In this document: positions 27,781 through 36,837 of the stretch, in pieces
Position numbering within the stretch: position 1 is the first letter of the stretch
How the letters are laid out: every line of letters begins with the position of its first letter
IMG/VR virus record: IMGVR_UViG_3300042350_002797
Location: 124,001 to 188,000 of that record
Reading direction: 5' to 3' (one strand)
DNA length: 64,000 bases
Position numbers and translations under genes: made by a program
Notes under the pieces: model-generated
Seen by the model: the letters and a program-made list of their open reading frames with translations, nothing else
The model's database searches: none
What the model was told of the DNA's origin: nothing

Positions 27781-28628
27781 TAGGTTCCCCATGCATTTTT
27801 GAATAATGGAACTTGTAGTCTGTCACTGTATCTTAGTCCGTGTTTCATTGCTAATTCTGCAACACGGCGATTATTAAGAGCGTATACATTTTCGATACCC
27901 CCAACAGGCATTAAATAAATGTGCCCGCCAAAATCTTCCTGTTTATAAATTTCGATAACTTCTAATGCTTCGTTGACATCGTCTTCGCTAGCAACTACAA
28001 ATTTTAGATATGTATGTCCTAGCTCTTCATAACTTTTTACAATATCTGGTCGTATAGCATCTTCTCTTCTCTCTCCACTAACACTTAACTTTGGGCTCAC
28101 ACTAAATGTAAGATTATGATAGCCGTGTTTATGTGTCCATTTTTCTAGATATTTTCTAAAATCTTTTGATATTTCTTGAGTACCATTAGTTTCAAATGTG
28201 ATATCTTTCAATTTTTTTAATTTATCGTTATCTAATAAATCAGGATAGCTACGTTGCCACCCTAACAAAGGTTCTCCACCTGTTATAACTAAATGTATTC
28301 CTCTCCATTTATTATCAGGTAATAGATCTATCATTCTATTTGCTATGGCATCCACAGTGAGAACAGGACTTAGATCTTTAAATCTTGGATCCCAACTTGC
28401 ATAACTGTCGCATCCAGTTTCTACAATAGGAAGTTCCTCATATTTGTTGTACAAATGTACTACTTCTGCAATATCATCGTTGGCAGTGCTACGTTCTCCA
28501 GGAGGCATGCCGAACCCAGCACAGGTAAAGTTGCAACCAAATGTGCGTAAGAAAATAGAAGGAACACCCATGAAGCGTCCTTCTCCTTGTATACTATAAA
28601 ATAGTTCTGCTATTTTAATTTTACTCAT
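27780..28628 (-). CDS. queE: 7-carboxy-7-deazaguanine synthase (radical SAM)
   Basis: ELFYSIQGEG, FLRTFGCNFTC...CDS (third Cys after an insertion), ITGGEP, ETNGT, SVSPKL, LKFVV, YLMP, RLQ. Confidence 0.92.
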   Translation of the reverse strand: MSKIKIAELFYSIQGEGRFMGVPSIFLRTFGCNFTCAGFGMPPGERSTANDDIAEVVHLYNKYEELPIVETGCDSYASWDPRFKDLSPVLTVDAIANRMIDLLPDNKWRGIHLVITGGEPLLGWQRSYPDLLDNDKLKKLKDITFETNGTQEISKDFRKYLEKWTHKHGYHNLTFSVSPKLSVSGERREDAIRPDIVKSYEELGHTYLKFVVASEDDVNEALEVIEIYKQEDFGGHIYLMPVGGIENVYALNNRRVAELAMKHGLRYSDRLQVPLFKNAWGT

Positions 28629-28912
28629 TGTTTTAGTACCTCCAATGTAGCTATTTTGGCAATTCGCTCTCCAAAGTCATCATCTTTACCAATGATGTAC
28701 ATTTGTGTGTGAGTACGATCTTTCAGTCTATCATGATATCTAAATTCTACAATTTTGCCACCAATAGCATTGTAAATTGTAAAATTAAGAACGGGCTCAC
28801 TACGCATTGAATTACTTTCAACAACAATATCTTGTCCTACAATTTCTCTTCCACTTTCCCATGCTTCTTTAGACCATTCTTTGAATTTTTTCTTAAACCA
28901 TTTTTTAATCAT
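28625..28912 (-). CDS. Hypothetical protein
   Basis: 95 aa, coupled ORF. Confidence 0.6.
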   Translation of the reverse strand: MIKKWFKKKFKEWSKEAWESGREIVGQDIVVESNSMRSEPVLNFTIYNAIGGKIVEFRYHDRLKDRTHTQMYIIGKDDDFGERIAKIATLEVLKQ

Positions 28913-29126
28913 CTTTCATTCCTTCTAGAAATTCGTCAACTCGACGTTCCGCTTCAACTCTGTCCACAGCCATTAATGTTACAGTTAACATATTATCTTT
29001 GTCAAGTTTAATATCGTAAGGCATTTTTCCATTGAGAACAAACTCGTCAGCCAGAGGCCGAACTACTTTATATTCTTTGAGATTCTTCATTCTGAAAATT
29101 ACATCGTCGACATTATGCTTATTCAT
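28905..29126 (-). CDS. Hypothetical protein
   Basis: 73 aa, coupled ORF. Confidence 0.55.
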   Translation of the reverse strand: MNKHNVDDVIFRMKNLKEYKVVRPLADEFVLNGKMPYDIKLDKDNMLTVTLMAVDRVEAERRVDEFLEGMKDD

Positions 29127-29317
29127 TAACTATCTCTTTCCATGGAAGTAATTTCTGTTACTAGAGCAATAACTTGCTCTAAGTTTTGGCAGAGAATTCT
29201 AGCACTTTTATATTCGCCATCTGGATCTCGTCCACTTACGTCTACCATAAATCCGTTATCGTACATGTTAACAGTAAAACTATCCGAAACTTTTTCTAAT
29301 TTATCACTTACATTCAT
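29126..29317 (-). CDS. Hypothetical protein
   Basis: 63 aa, coupled ORF. Confidence 0.55.
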   Translation of the reverse strand: MNVSDKLEKVSDSFTVNMYDNGFMVDVSGRDPDGEYKSARILCQNLEQVIALVTEITSMERDS

Positions 29318-29318
29318 T

Positions 29319-29816
29319 TTAATTTTCCTCTTTAAAATCTATTACATCACCATTCTCGTCAGCACAAATAATTTTAACTTTGTTACCGTTTTCATCCTCG
29401 ATAAGAATTGGTCCCCAAATCCACGCCTCACATTCGTTTTGGCTCCATCCTTCTTCGTCTTCCAGTACTTCATATACACTGGATTCTTCAAAACGTTCTT
29501 TTAGTGCTTCTTGTAGTTCCTCGTCCATATCTTCTGGAAACTCTATATCTTCCCAACAGCCGTCCCACATAGTATCAAGTTCGACATTTTCGATATTATT
29601 ATAACAGCAATCGTACATATTGATGCTGTCTTTATTCTTGTCGCCTCCTGGAACATATGTGAATTCGAATTCAGGAGGATTATCATTATTTGTTTCTACA
29701 AAAAAACTACAACCACGGAATCCTGTTTTACGAATAATTGTTTTTCCATCTTTAACATAATGCTCGTGTTCTTCGCATGATTTTTTGTAGTAAGTCGATA
29801 CTTTCCAATTAGCCAT
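29319..29816 (-). CDS. Acidic hypothetical protein
   Basis: 165 aa, E/D-rich, AGGA SD. Confidence 0.65.
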   Translation of the reverse strand: MANWKVSTYYKKSCEEHEHYVKDGKTIIRKTGFRGCSFFVETNNDNPPEFEFTYVPGGDKNKDSINMYDCCYNNIENVELDTMWDGCWEDIEFPEDMDEELQEALKERFEESSVYEVLEDEEGWSQNECEAWIWGPILIEDENGNKVKIICADENGDVIDFKEEN

Positions 29817-29824
29817 GATTTTCC

Positions 29825-30601
29825 TTATCTAGGAGCAAAGTCCTGTTGTAGTTTAATGTTGTCAAAGAATTCTTTTTTAGTTCCTTGATCATCTTTAAAA
29901 GCACCTTTTAATACTGTAGTCTGTGTAAGACTGCTATGTGCCATAATTCCGCGATTTTCACAGCAGCCATGTGTGGCTTGTATGTAAACACCTACATCTT
30001 TGGCATCGGTCGCCTTCATAATCTCTCTAGCAATGTCATTAGCTAATTCTTCTTGTAAAGTGCCACGGCGAGCACACCACTGAGCAATACGAGTATACTT
30101 ACTGAGACCGATAAGTTTATTAGCGGCGATAATACCGATATAAGCAACACCAGATACAGGTTGGTGATGGTGACTACACATACTACGAAGTTCACTGCGA
30201 ACAACAAGCATGCCTTCGTACCGATCTGTGCTGTCATTAGGAAATGCTGTGCAATCTGGTGCCAGTTCGTATCTACCCGCCATAATTTCATTGTAATACA
30301 TCTTAGCTAGTCGTCTTGCTGTTCCTTGACTGTTAGGATCGGTTTCTCGATCAATTAATAGTGCATCCAATACATGTTCGAATGCCACAGTAGCTTCGTC
30401 AATTAACTGTTGTCGAGTTGAGTCTGCGTAGATGTATTCACTAATATTGTCGCCTGCCCAGAATCTTTTACCATCTCGCTTCATTTTAAAACGAAGTTGA
30501 TCGCTTACTTTGCCTTCTGAGTAGCCACCATTTCCAGCCATTGCGTCTACTCCTGATTCGTGAATATCATCGTTACTTACATACATTTTGTTATAAACCA
30601 T
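29825..30601 (-). CDS. folE: GTP cyclohydrolase I
   Basis: T..R.AKMY, SMCSHH, IGLSKY.R, QE.L, HGCCENRG. Confidence 0.95.
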   Translation of the reverse strand: MVYNKMYVSNDDIHESGVDAMAGNGGYSEGKVSDQLRFKMKRDGKRFWAGDNISEYIYADSTRQQLIDEATVAFEHVLDALLIDRETDPNSQGTARRLAKMYYNEIMAGRYELAPDCTAFPNDSTDRYEGMLVVRSELRSMCSHHHQPVSGVAYIGIIAANKLIGLSKYTRIAQWCARRGTLQEELANDIAREIMKATDAKDVGVYIQATHGCCENRGIMAHSSLTQTTVLKGAFKDDQGTKKEFFDNIKLQQDFAPR

Positions 30602-30619
30602 AAGTTGTCCTTTCTTGCT

Positions 30620-30648
30620 ATTTTATTATATTATTTAGGTTTTGTCAA
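30620..30648 (-). promoter_or_regulatory. sigma70 promoter for folE, with an embedded TAAATA
   Basis: TTGACA-17 nt-TAAAAT; CCTAAATAA inside the spacer. Confidence 0.7.
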
Positions 30649-31428
30649 TCGCAAAAGAGTATTTTTCTTTACTGCGGCACCTAATGTATTTAGGTTTATG
30701 CCACGGTCTTCAGAATATTTTAGTAGTGCTTCTGTATCTTTAGGAAAACAGGCACCGCCAAAACCATAGTATCCATCTGGACCAGGCACTTGAGTATGAC
30801 TATCGCCTATACGTCGATCCATTCTTATTAGGTAGGCAAGGTGTTTCCAATCATAATTATGAGTGTTTGCTAGTTGATTTAATTCATTCATAAAAACAAC
30901 TTTAGTTGCTAGGAATGTATTAATAGAATATTTTACAAATGCCGCTTCGCCTATACCACAATATTCTACGTGTTTAATACCTGGTTGTATTTCTTTTAAA
31001 ATACGTGCTGTGTCACGTTGATAGGCTACCACAGAACCACCTATAATAACCCATTCTGTATTACCAAAATCTGTAACACTAGATTCTGCCCGTAAGAATT
31101 CAGGAACATATACTAAATTAGGTAATTTTTTATTCCATAATTCGTAAAAATCCGGAGGAGCAGTGACTTTGCTAATAATAGTGCCGTTATATCCTTCTAG
31201 ATTTTTTAAAACTTCTTCTACTATACTGGTATCGCAATATCCATTGGTGCCTTGCGGACTAGGAACACAAACAAATACACTAGAACATTCTTTTTTAATT
31301 TGATTGTAAGTAGCTGTATAACCTTTAGCAGGATCTAAAATTATAGGTTCGAAAGATGTTATCAAGTTTTGAGTTATAGCTTCGCCTACGTACCCGTGCC
31401 CAATAATGCCAATTTTTTCATAAATCAT
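30631..31428 (-). CDS. UDP-glucose/GDP-mannose dehydrogenase-family protein (short form lacking the C-terminal domain)
   Basis: GIIGHGYVG, FVCVPSP, PEFLR, KY..N.FLA.KV.F.NE, GFGGACFPKD (catalytic Cys). Confidence 0.9.
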   Translation of the reverse strand: MIYEKIGIIGHGYVGEAITQNLITSFEPIILDPAKGYTATYNQIKKECSSVFVCVPSPQGTNGYCDTSIVEEVLKNLEGYNGTIISKVTAPPDFYELWNKKLPNLVYVPEFLRAESSVTDFGNTEWVIIGGSVVAYQRDTARILKEIQPGIKHVEYCGIGEAAFVKYSINTFLATKVVFMNELNQLANTHNYDWKHLAYLIRMDRRIGDSHTQVPGPDGYYGFGGACFPKDTEALLKYSEDRGINLNTLGAAVKKNTLLRLTKPK

Positions 31429-31640
31429 AAGTATTCACTTAATAATATTGTACATAAGCGATAATCGTTTTCTGTTTTAAATCTAAAAATTAAATGCATG
31501 GTAGACGACGCAGTAATGTAACGGTGTCCTGGCAATCCAAACACTTCCAACACCTTAACACAGATCTCATTCCACGGCATATCATCTTTTTTCCAATCGA
31601 TCCAAATATTGAACGAAGTATCTGACATGTCTTTAGACAT
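31425..31640 (-). CDS. Small hypothetical protein
   Basis: Start ATG 31640 coupled (TAATG) to an upstream 57-aa ORF; WNEIC..V.EVFGLPG.RY. Confidence 0.6.
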   Translation of the reverse strand: MSKDMSDTSFNIWIDWKKDDMPWNEICVKVLEVFGLPGHRYITASSTMHLIFRFKTENDYRLCTILLSEYL

Positions 31641-31813
31641 TATTCGACAAGTTCCATTTCCTCTATCATAGGATAATAGATCCAATTCATTTTTTCTTTT
31701 AATTCTTCGCACATAGCCTGAGCAGCTTCTTCTGCACGTTCTTTAGTATAATAGAGTCTTTCCATAGCTCTGTCGCCCTCAGTATTTGTAGCCGATGCAA
31801 GGTAAACTATCAT
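31640..31813 (-). CDS. Small hypothetical protein (57 aa, not in ORF track)
   Basis: MIVYLASATNTEGDRAMERLYYTKERAEEAAQAMCEELKEKMNWIYYPMIEEMELVE*; ATGA overlap with the HIT stop and TAATG overlap with the next gene. Confidence 0.65.
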   Translation of the reverse strand: MIVYLASATNTEGDRAMERLYYTKERAEEAAQAMCEELKEKMNWIYYPMIEEMELVE

Positions 31814-32181
31814 TTTCTATAATTCCCTTTATCCGGAATGACATGTCTAACTCCTCCTCTTGGATCTTCCATATCGCCTTTGCGTCGAGGTATCATATGC
31901 ACATGCGGATACATTACTGTTTGGCCAGCTGCTTCTCCAACATTTTGGCCGATGTTAAAAGCATCCCACCTTTCAGCTTCAACACCTTCGTGTCCGAACT
32001 TGTAGGCTGCTTTGTAGCATTCCCAGAGATTGTTCCAGTTTTCTTCGGTAGGCACAAATAACAAATGCCCTGGGGTAACTGCGTAAGCGTCTCTAAAGAC
32101 CCAGAAGTCTTTAGTTCTGTATTCAATTTCTGTCCACGGTGCTCTTTTTTCATTTAAGGCCTTTTCAATATCTGTCAGCAT
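31810..32181 (-). CDS. HIT-family nucleotide hydrolase
   Basis: D.Y.VTPGHLLFVP, N.G..AGQTV..PHVHMIPR. Confidence 0.92.
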   Translation of the reverse strand: MLTDIEKALNEKRAPWTEIEYRTKDFWVFRDAYAVTPGHLLFVPTEENWNNLWECYKAAYKFGHEGVEAERWDAFNIGQNVGEAAGQTVMYPHVHMIPRRKGDMEDPRGGVRHVIPDKGNYRK

Positions 32182-32545
32182 ACTCGTTCCAAACCATATT
32201 CATTAATGTAGAATAATTATCCCAGGCCTTTTTAACAGCAGGATTATTATTTCTTGCTTTAATCTCAATCATTTCTTTACGCTTCATATGATTGATGTAA
32301 TCTTGATCTCCACGAGATTTAACAATTACGTCATTCATTCTTTGATCAATTTCGGCTAAGGCATGAAAGTTATCTTTAGGTATTAGAATATCATAACACT
32401 CTAACTCTTCTGTAGCAAAATAAAAATCATGTGCATCCTGATAAGTGCTAACCTGTGGTGGTTTAGCCTTTCTAATAGTGCGTGAACTATGACGTAATTG
32501 AATATCCCAATTACAGCAGAAACGATCTAGTTCTTTATTATCCAC
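32165..32545 (-). CDS. Hypothetical protein
   Basis: Probable GTG start at 32545; C-terminal NPAVKKAWDNY helix. Confidence 0.55.
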   Translation of the reverse strand: MDNKELDRFCCNWDIQLRHSSRTIRKAKPPQVSTYQDAHDFYFATEELECYDILIPKDNFHALAEIDQRMNDVIVKSRGDQDYINHMKRKEMIEIKARNNNPAVKKAWDNYSTLMNMVWNEYADRY

Positions 32546-33113
32546 GCCAAAATTCCTCCCAGGGATAGACAATCCAACAGTCTTCTTCGGCTTTGTTAAT
32601 TTCTATAGTTGAATAATCTACTTCTTCTTTGCTAGCAAGATTATTATGAATCACGGCAAATCTTACGTTGTTATGAAAGATATTTTTCCAAGCATGATTA
32701 TTTGGAAGGCATCCACTGGGCCAGTCTTTTTTAATCCAGGCAATAGTAGCACCGGTATCGTTAATGTCATCTACTATCAAAATCTTTTTACGTAGATCTC
32801 GATTAGTAGGATCGTGACGTACAGGCAATCCAGTAATCTCAAAATGCTCATACCCTCGATCATTCATAGGAACATATCCAAAAGCATCTTCGGCCATGCC
32901 TAAGTCGCTCACACACTCGCCACCGTCACGTAAACTGACCTGTAATGGTCGCATAGGAATATCGAGGTATTGACTAAGCATTACAGCAGGAACAGCACCA
33001 CCGCGTGTGATTCCTACAATGTAATCTGGACGCCAGTTATCTTTTTGTAATTGCCTAGCAATTTCGATAACACTGCCTTGAATATCCGACCAAGTTACAT
33101 GTATTTTTTTCAT
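32538..33113 (-). CDS. Type I phosphoribosyltransferase (Gpt/xanthine-guanine-like)
   Basis: IVGITRGG.VPA, PRPP loop ILIVDDINDTGAT, WIVYPWE; likely start ATG 33113. Confidence 0.9.
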   Translation of the reverse strand: MKKIHVTWSDIQGSVIEIARQLQKDNWRPDYIVGITRGGAVPAVMLSQYLDIPMRPLQVSLRDGGECVSDLGMAEDAFGYVPMNDRGYEHFEITGLPVRHDPTNRDLRKKILIVDDINDTGATIAWIKKDWPSGCLPNNHAWKNIFHNNVRFAVIHNNLASKEEVDYSTIEINKAEEDCWIVYPWEEFWRG

Positions 33114-33322
33114 CTTACACCATTTGCTAAGGTTGTCCAAAGTTTAGAGACTTCTTCTTGATTTAGAAAGAAATCGTATGTACTAGAATTGGTTAATTCG
33201 CCTTTGTCGTTATACTGTTCCCCAGTAAACATAAGATGTTTAAGTCCGTCTGGTTTCATACAGTCATTAACTTTTAAACGAAGCTTCCAAGCCGGTTGAT
33301 CTGTTATTAGTTGTTCAATCAT
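33110..33322 (-). CDS. Small hypothetical protein
   Basis: Likely start ATG 33322 (ATGA overlap). Confidence 0.55.
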   Translation of the reverse strand: MIEQLITDQPAWKLRLKVNDCMKPDGLKHLMFTGEQYNDKGELTNSSTYDFFLNQEEVSKLWTTLANGVR

Positions 33323-33681
33323 TTTGAGTCCTTTAAAGTTTCCCAAGTTTTATATTCTGCTAACGCTTTGTTGTATTCATCATTAATTTTCTTAAGCTTT
33401 GAATACTTCTCCTCCATTATAGCATCTCTTGTAGGAATGTTCAACATAGTTTCTATTCGTTTTAATCTTTCGTGCAGATCGTCACCATTCCATTCTATCT
33501 TGCCGTTAATTTTAATACTGGGATTACTACTATTCGGAATTTCCATAACAGGTTTTCCGTTATTGTTTCCAAATTGAGTAGTTGGATGAATTGTATTGGA
33601 CCATACTGCACTGCCACCAGACCCACTAGGGCTTACATAAATTTGACCAGTAGTTGTAGCAGGTATAGTAAACGTTGTCAT
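33319..33681 (-). CDS. Hypothetical protein
   Basis: Likely start ATG 33681; T/S/G-rich N-terminus, helical C-terminus. Confidence 0.6.
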   Translation of the reverse strand: MTTFTIPATTTGQIYVSPSGSGGSAVWSNTIHPTTQFGNNNGKPVMEIPNSSNPSIKINGKIEWNGDDLHERLKRIETMLNIPTRDAIMEEKYSKLKKINDEYNKALAEYKTWETLKDSK

Positions 33682-33682
33682 A

Positions 33683-34078
33683 CTACTTGTATCCTTTACG
33701 TTCTCTTTCTTTTCCGTCAAAATCTTCTTTAACCATTTTATAAACTTCTTTAAATTTTCTGTATGCGATTTCCAGTCCAGGATATTCTTTACACATTTCT
33801 TGAACACGTTCGTAATCTGGAAATCTACCATCAAACTCGTCTTTATAAAAATTAGTAAAAGTAGTAAAAGAATCGATACCAGTTAAATCTACTGTTTCTA
33901 TATTGCCTATTGTATAAGATCCTGAATTATAAGGTGTACCTGTTAATGTTATAATGTCCGATGTGTTCAAACTTGGGAGGCTATTCACATCCCAAGTTAC
34001 AGTGATATCATCAGATTTTAAAGATTCTGTTTCATCTAAGGTTACTGTATAAATTGGTTCCTGAGAAGAATTGTTCAC
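33683..34078 (-). CDS. Hypothetical protein
   Basis: T/S-rich N-terminus; C-terminal MCKEYPGLEIAYRKFKEVY. Confidence 0.6.
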   Translation of the reverse strand: MNNSSQEPIYTVTLDETESLKSDDITVTWDVNSLPSLNTSDIITLTGTPYNSGSYTIGNIETVDLTGIDSFTTFTNFYKDEFDGRFPDYERVQEMCKEYPGLEIAYRKFKEVYKMVKEDFDGKERERKGYK

Positions 34079-35126
34079 GTAAAGCCTCCGTTTGTTTGTA
34101 CAACATTGGCAATCTTGTTTCGTAAAAATTCATGTGATCTATTATTGTTTTTACTAACATCTGCCTATGATCCATATAATGGTCCCACGTATCCGTCCAG
34201 TTGCTAGGATATTTGAAATTGTTAAAGTACATTTCTGTATATGAAAGTCTGTCTGGCACCATAGGAATAGCATTAAGAACACAACCTTCGTAACAACTAA
34301 TTCCTAGTGTTTCTTGTAGATTAGCACTAAACACAATTTTTGCTTCACCCAATAAGTTATGATATTCATTTTTCGTCAAGTCTTGTTCTTGGCAAATTAT
34401 AAATTCATACTGAGGTAGTAATTCTTTTAAATCTCTAAAAATATTCACCTGCTTTTCTGGAGCAAGTCTGTGTGGGAAAAGAATCAGATCTCTTTTTTTC
34501 ATTCCTTGATATTGTGTAAAAATATCTTGGAAATACTCCATAGGCCAGCCAGAACGAATTATTTTTTGACTGTTTAATAAGTCTTCGAAATCCTCTTGAT
34601 ACCAAGGATTTTCACTCTTTAAACCATTCATTAATAAATTGTCTACAAACATCTTAATATGAAAATCTGTAGCAAAATAATTATGATCGATAGCATCAAA
34701 GAATGACTTTTCAGCATATCGAACCCACGGCTTATTGCCAATAAGTCTGCCTAAAAAGTCTTGGGGATCATAACTACCGGCGTGCCACAGTGCGTGTATT
34801 TTAACAGGTATACTAAGTAAGCTACTCATGTATTTTAAATTAATAATACCTGGATGCCAAGCATCTGTAAATAAAAAATGATCGTGAGCTTTTATTTTGC
34901 CAGTAGTAAATAATCGGCTAATCTCTTCAATTTGACAAGACTTGTAGATATTAGTGCCACCAAAATTAAGGAAGGCGCCAGGAGTAGTGGCACGAGGAAT
35001 ATCCTCAGGGCCAGAGATAACTTCAACATTTTTATGAACCTTTCGTAATGTTCGGGGTAAATGTTCTTTCCATTGAGCAGTATAACGTGTTTCTACTGCT
35101 TCTAAGTCTACAATATAGATAGTCAT
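34032..35126 (-). CDS. GT-B fold glycosyltransferase (GT4-like)
   Basis: WHAGSYD, FPHRLAPEKQ, FSANLQETLGISCYEG (ExxGxxxxE donor-binding motif), P+VP.RLSY.EM. Confidence 0.85.
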   Translation of the reverse strand: MTIYIVDLEAVETRYTAQWKEHLPRTLRKVHKNVEVISGPEDIPRATTPGAFLNFGGTNIYKSCQIEEISRLFTTGKIKAHDHFLFTDAWHPGIINLKYMSSLLSIPVKIHALWHAGSYDPQDFLGRLIGNKPWVRYAEKSFFDAIDHNYFATDFHIKMFVDNLLMNGLKSENPWYQEDFEDLLNSQKIIRSGWPMEYFQDIFTQYQGMKKRDLILFPHRLAPEKQVNIFRDLKELLPQYEFIICQEQDLTKNEYHNLLGEAKIVFSANLQETLGISCYEGCVLNAIPMVPDRLSYTEMYFNNFKYPSNWTDTWDHYMDHRQMLVKTIIDHMNFYETRLPMLYKQTEALREQFFSGTNLYSNLR

Positions 35127-35350
35127 TAGCGATCTTTTTGTTTACGATAGTTATTGTTACGACCTTTGAAATTCCTGTTAGCTTGTAGAAATCTCTTCCA
35201 TACATCGCTTTCTTTATTATAAAGATCTGCCTGATTAAAAGGCAGTAACTCGAAACGACAAAAGTCGAGCAATGCTTCTAAGTCGTCAAAGATTTTAACG
35301 ATGTTAGGATTGTTATCGAAGTATGCATAGCCTTTGTAATTTTTAGCCAT
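35126..35350 (-). CDS. Small hypothetical protein
   Basis: Start ATG 35350 with AAGGA SD; IFDDLE..LDFCR....FN.ADLY. Confidence 0.65.
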   Translation of the reverse strand: MAKNYKGYAYFDNNPNIVKIFDDLEALLDFCRFELLPFNQADLYNKESDVWKRFLQANRNFKGRNNNYRKQKDR

Positions 35351-35372
35351 TTTTGTTTCCTTGTTTATTAAA

Positions 35373-35768
35373 TTAATATTTGATAAAACTACCATTTTCT
35401 CCATCTTCGGAGACCTCGATCCAAACTTCTCTATTTGGATACTTTTTTGAAATCATGTCATACAAATCATCTGACATCATTTCGCAACTTTTATAATCTA
35501 ATTGCAATACAGCTTGGTCGCCATTATACAATTCTTCAAGCCATCTTTTAAACTGGATGAACTCAATGTCTCTGTCATTGTGATTAACGCCAATCCAGAC
35601 ACGAAAATGAAAGATATGGCGATGAGGATGGCCGAGGAACGAAACGTCATATTTGTCTCCTGTTGCTAGGTTAGGATCAGTTAATGCTGCTGGATATTTA
35701 TGAATACCTTCTTTACGAAAGGTAACCCAAATCATTTTATTTGGTCTTATGTCTTGTTTGATTATCAT
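35373..35768 (-). CDS. QueD-like T-fold protein of the DpdL (CDG decarboxylase) type
   Basis: LGHPHRHIF (LxxxHRHxF) instead of the QueD CxxxHGH motif; DRDIEF, SCE, VSEDGENG. Confidence 0.7.
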   Translation of the reverse strand: MIIKQDIRPNKMIWVTFRKEGIHKYPAALTDPNLATGDKYDVSFLGHPHRHIFHFRVWIGVNHNDRDIEFIQFKRWLEELYNGDQAVLQLDYKSCEMMSDDLYDMISKKYPNREVWIEVSEDGENGSFIKY

Positions 35769-36307
35769 TTGTATTCAAAAAAATCGTTAAAGGTTGATTT
35801 ACTCATTGATTCAATTTTCTTCATAGATCCTACAGGTATTCGAAATACATAAGAATTTTCTGTTCTTTGTTCAAAATGACCGTATTCTGATCCTCTTATG
35901 TATGAAGACCTATCTCCATTAATTATTTTCTGTCTTCCAATTTCGTAAGCTTCTTCTATTTTTTCTTGTATGTATGGATCTGTAAAATCGAATAAATCTT
36001 GGTTCGTGACTATTCCATCGGCAGTAGTTATTCTAAATTGCTTTTGTAGTTTTTCAAAAATATGAGTTTGTTTATAAGATAAAGAACAAATATCTTGAAC
36101 AGTTATAGTTCCTACACTATTGGCAGAACCAGAATTTACATCTTTAGTTTTAACTTCTATACCAATCTGTTGTAAATCTGCGCCAGGGCCTTGGTTAATG
36201 TTCCACCCATCTCTAGACATAACTTGTTCAAATTGTTTTCCTCGAATACTATGATCTTTAGATAATACAGTACCAGTATAATCTTTTTTGATTCGTTTAA
36301 TTTTCAT
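35765..36307 (-). CDS. MutH/Sau3AI-like PD-(D/E)xK endonuclease
   Basis: RGKQFE...N.GPGADL..IGIEVKT; downstream EKI..AYE..RQKIING and YVFRI resemble the Sau3AI/MutH layout. Start ATG 36307 (ATGA overlap). Confidence 0.65.
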   Translation of the reverse strand: MKIKRIKKDYTGTVLSKDHSIRGKQFEQVMSRDGWNINQGPGADLQQIGIEVKTKDVNSGSANSVGTITVQDICSLSYKQTHIFEKLQKQFRITTADGIVTNQDLFDFTDPYIQEKIEEAYEIGRQKIINGDRSSYIRGSEYGHFEQRTENSYVFRIPVGSMKKIESMSKSTFNDFFEYK

Positions 36308-36837
36308 ACTGGGCTGTCCTGTGTATATTGATCCCAATGTGTATACTTAGTTTTACGCATTAGATCGTGTAGTTGATGGGTCCATACTCCAGGATTAGTA
36401 GCACCCCAAGTACGGTCGTCAATTTTAAGTGTTGCGTTGTAGTTGTAAAGTTTAATGTAAGGTAATTTTACACTAATCATAGGAATAAATCTATCTTGTT
36501 CGCACCACCCTTCTTCGTGTATTTCTTCAGCATATTTGACATCGAAGTCTAAGCAGACCCAATATCCTGCCTCCAAGCATCCCATAATCCTGTTATCCCA
36601 AATTTTCCAGTTATCATATGTTGCCGGATTAAAACTTTGACTAGTACCAAAGTAAATTTGTTTAATACGTTTATCTTTATCTTCGAAGCTTTGAGAATCT
36701 TCTGCTATTGCAAGAATGTCTTTTAGACTCGGTGTTCCTACAACGAACAATGTGTACATACCGTGAGCTACAGTATGTTCTACTTCATAGCCTGTGAAAT
36801 AAGTTACATCTTGCCTTTGTTCTGTGTTTAATCCCAT
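36304..36837 (-). CDS. Conserved-looking hypothetical protein within the deazaguanine cluster
   Basis: FTGYEVEHT..GM.TLFVVG, IYFG..QSF, LKIDD..W.ATNPGVW. Confidence 0.65.
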   Translation of the reverse strand: MGLNTEQRQDVTYFTGYEVEHTVAHGMYTLFVVGTPSLKDILAIAEDSQSFEDKDKRIKQIYFGTSQSFNPATYDNWKIWDNRIMGCLEAGYWVCLDFDVKYAEEIHEEGWCEQDRFIPMISVKLPYIKLYNYNATLKIDDRTWGATNPGVWTHQLHDLMRKTKYTHWDQYTQDSPV

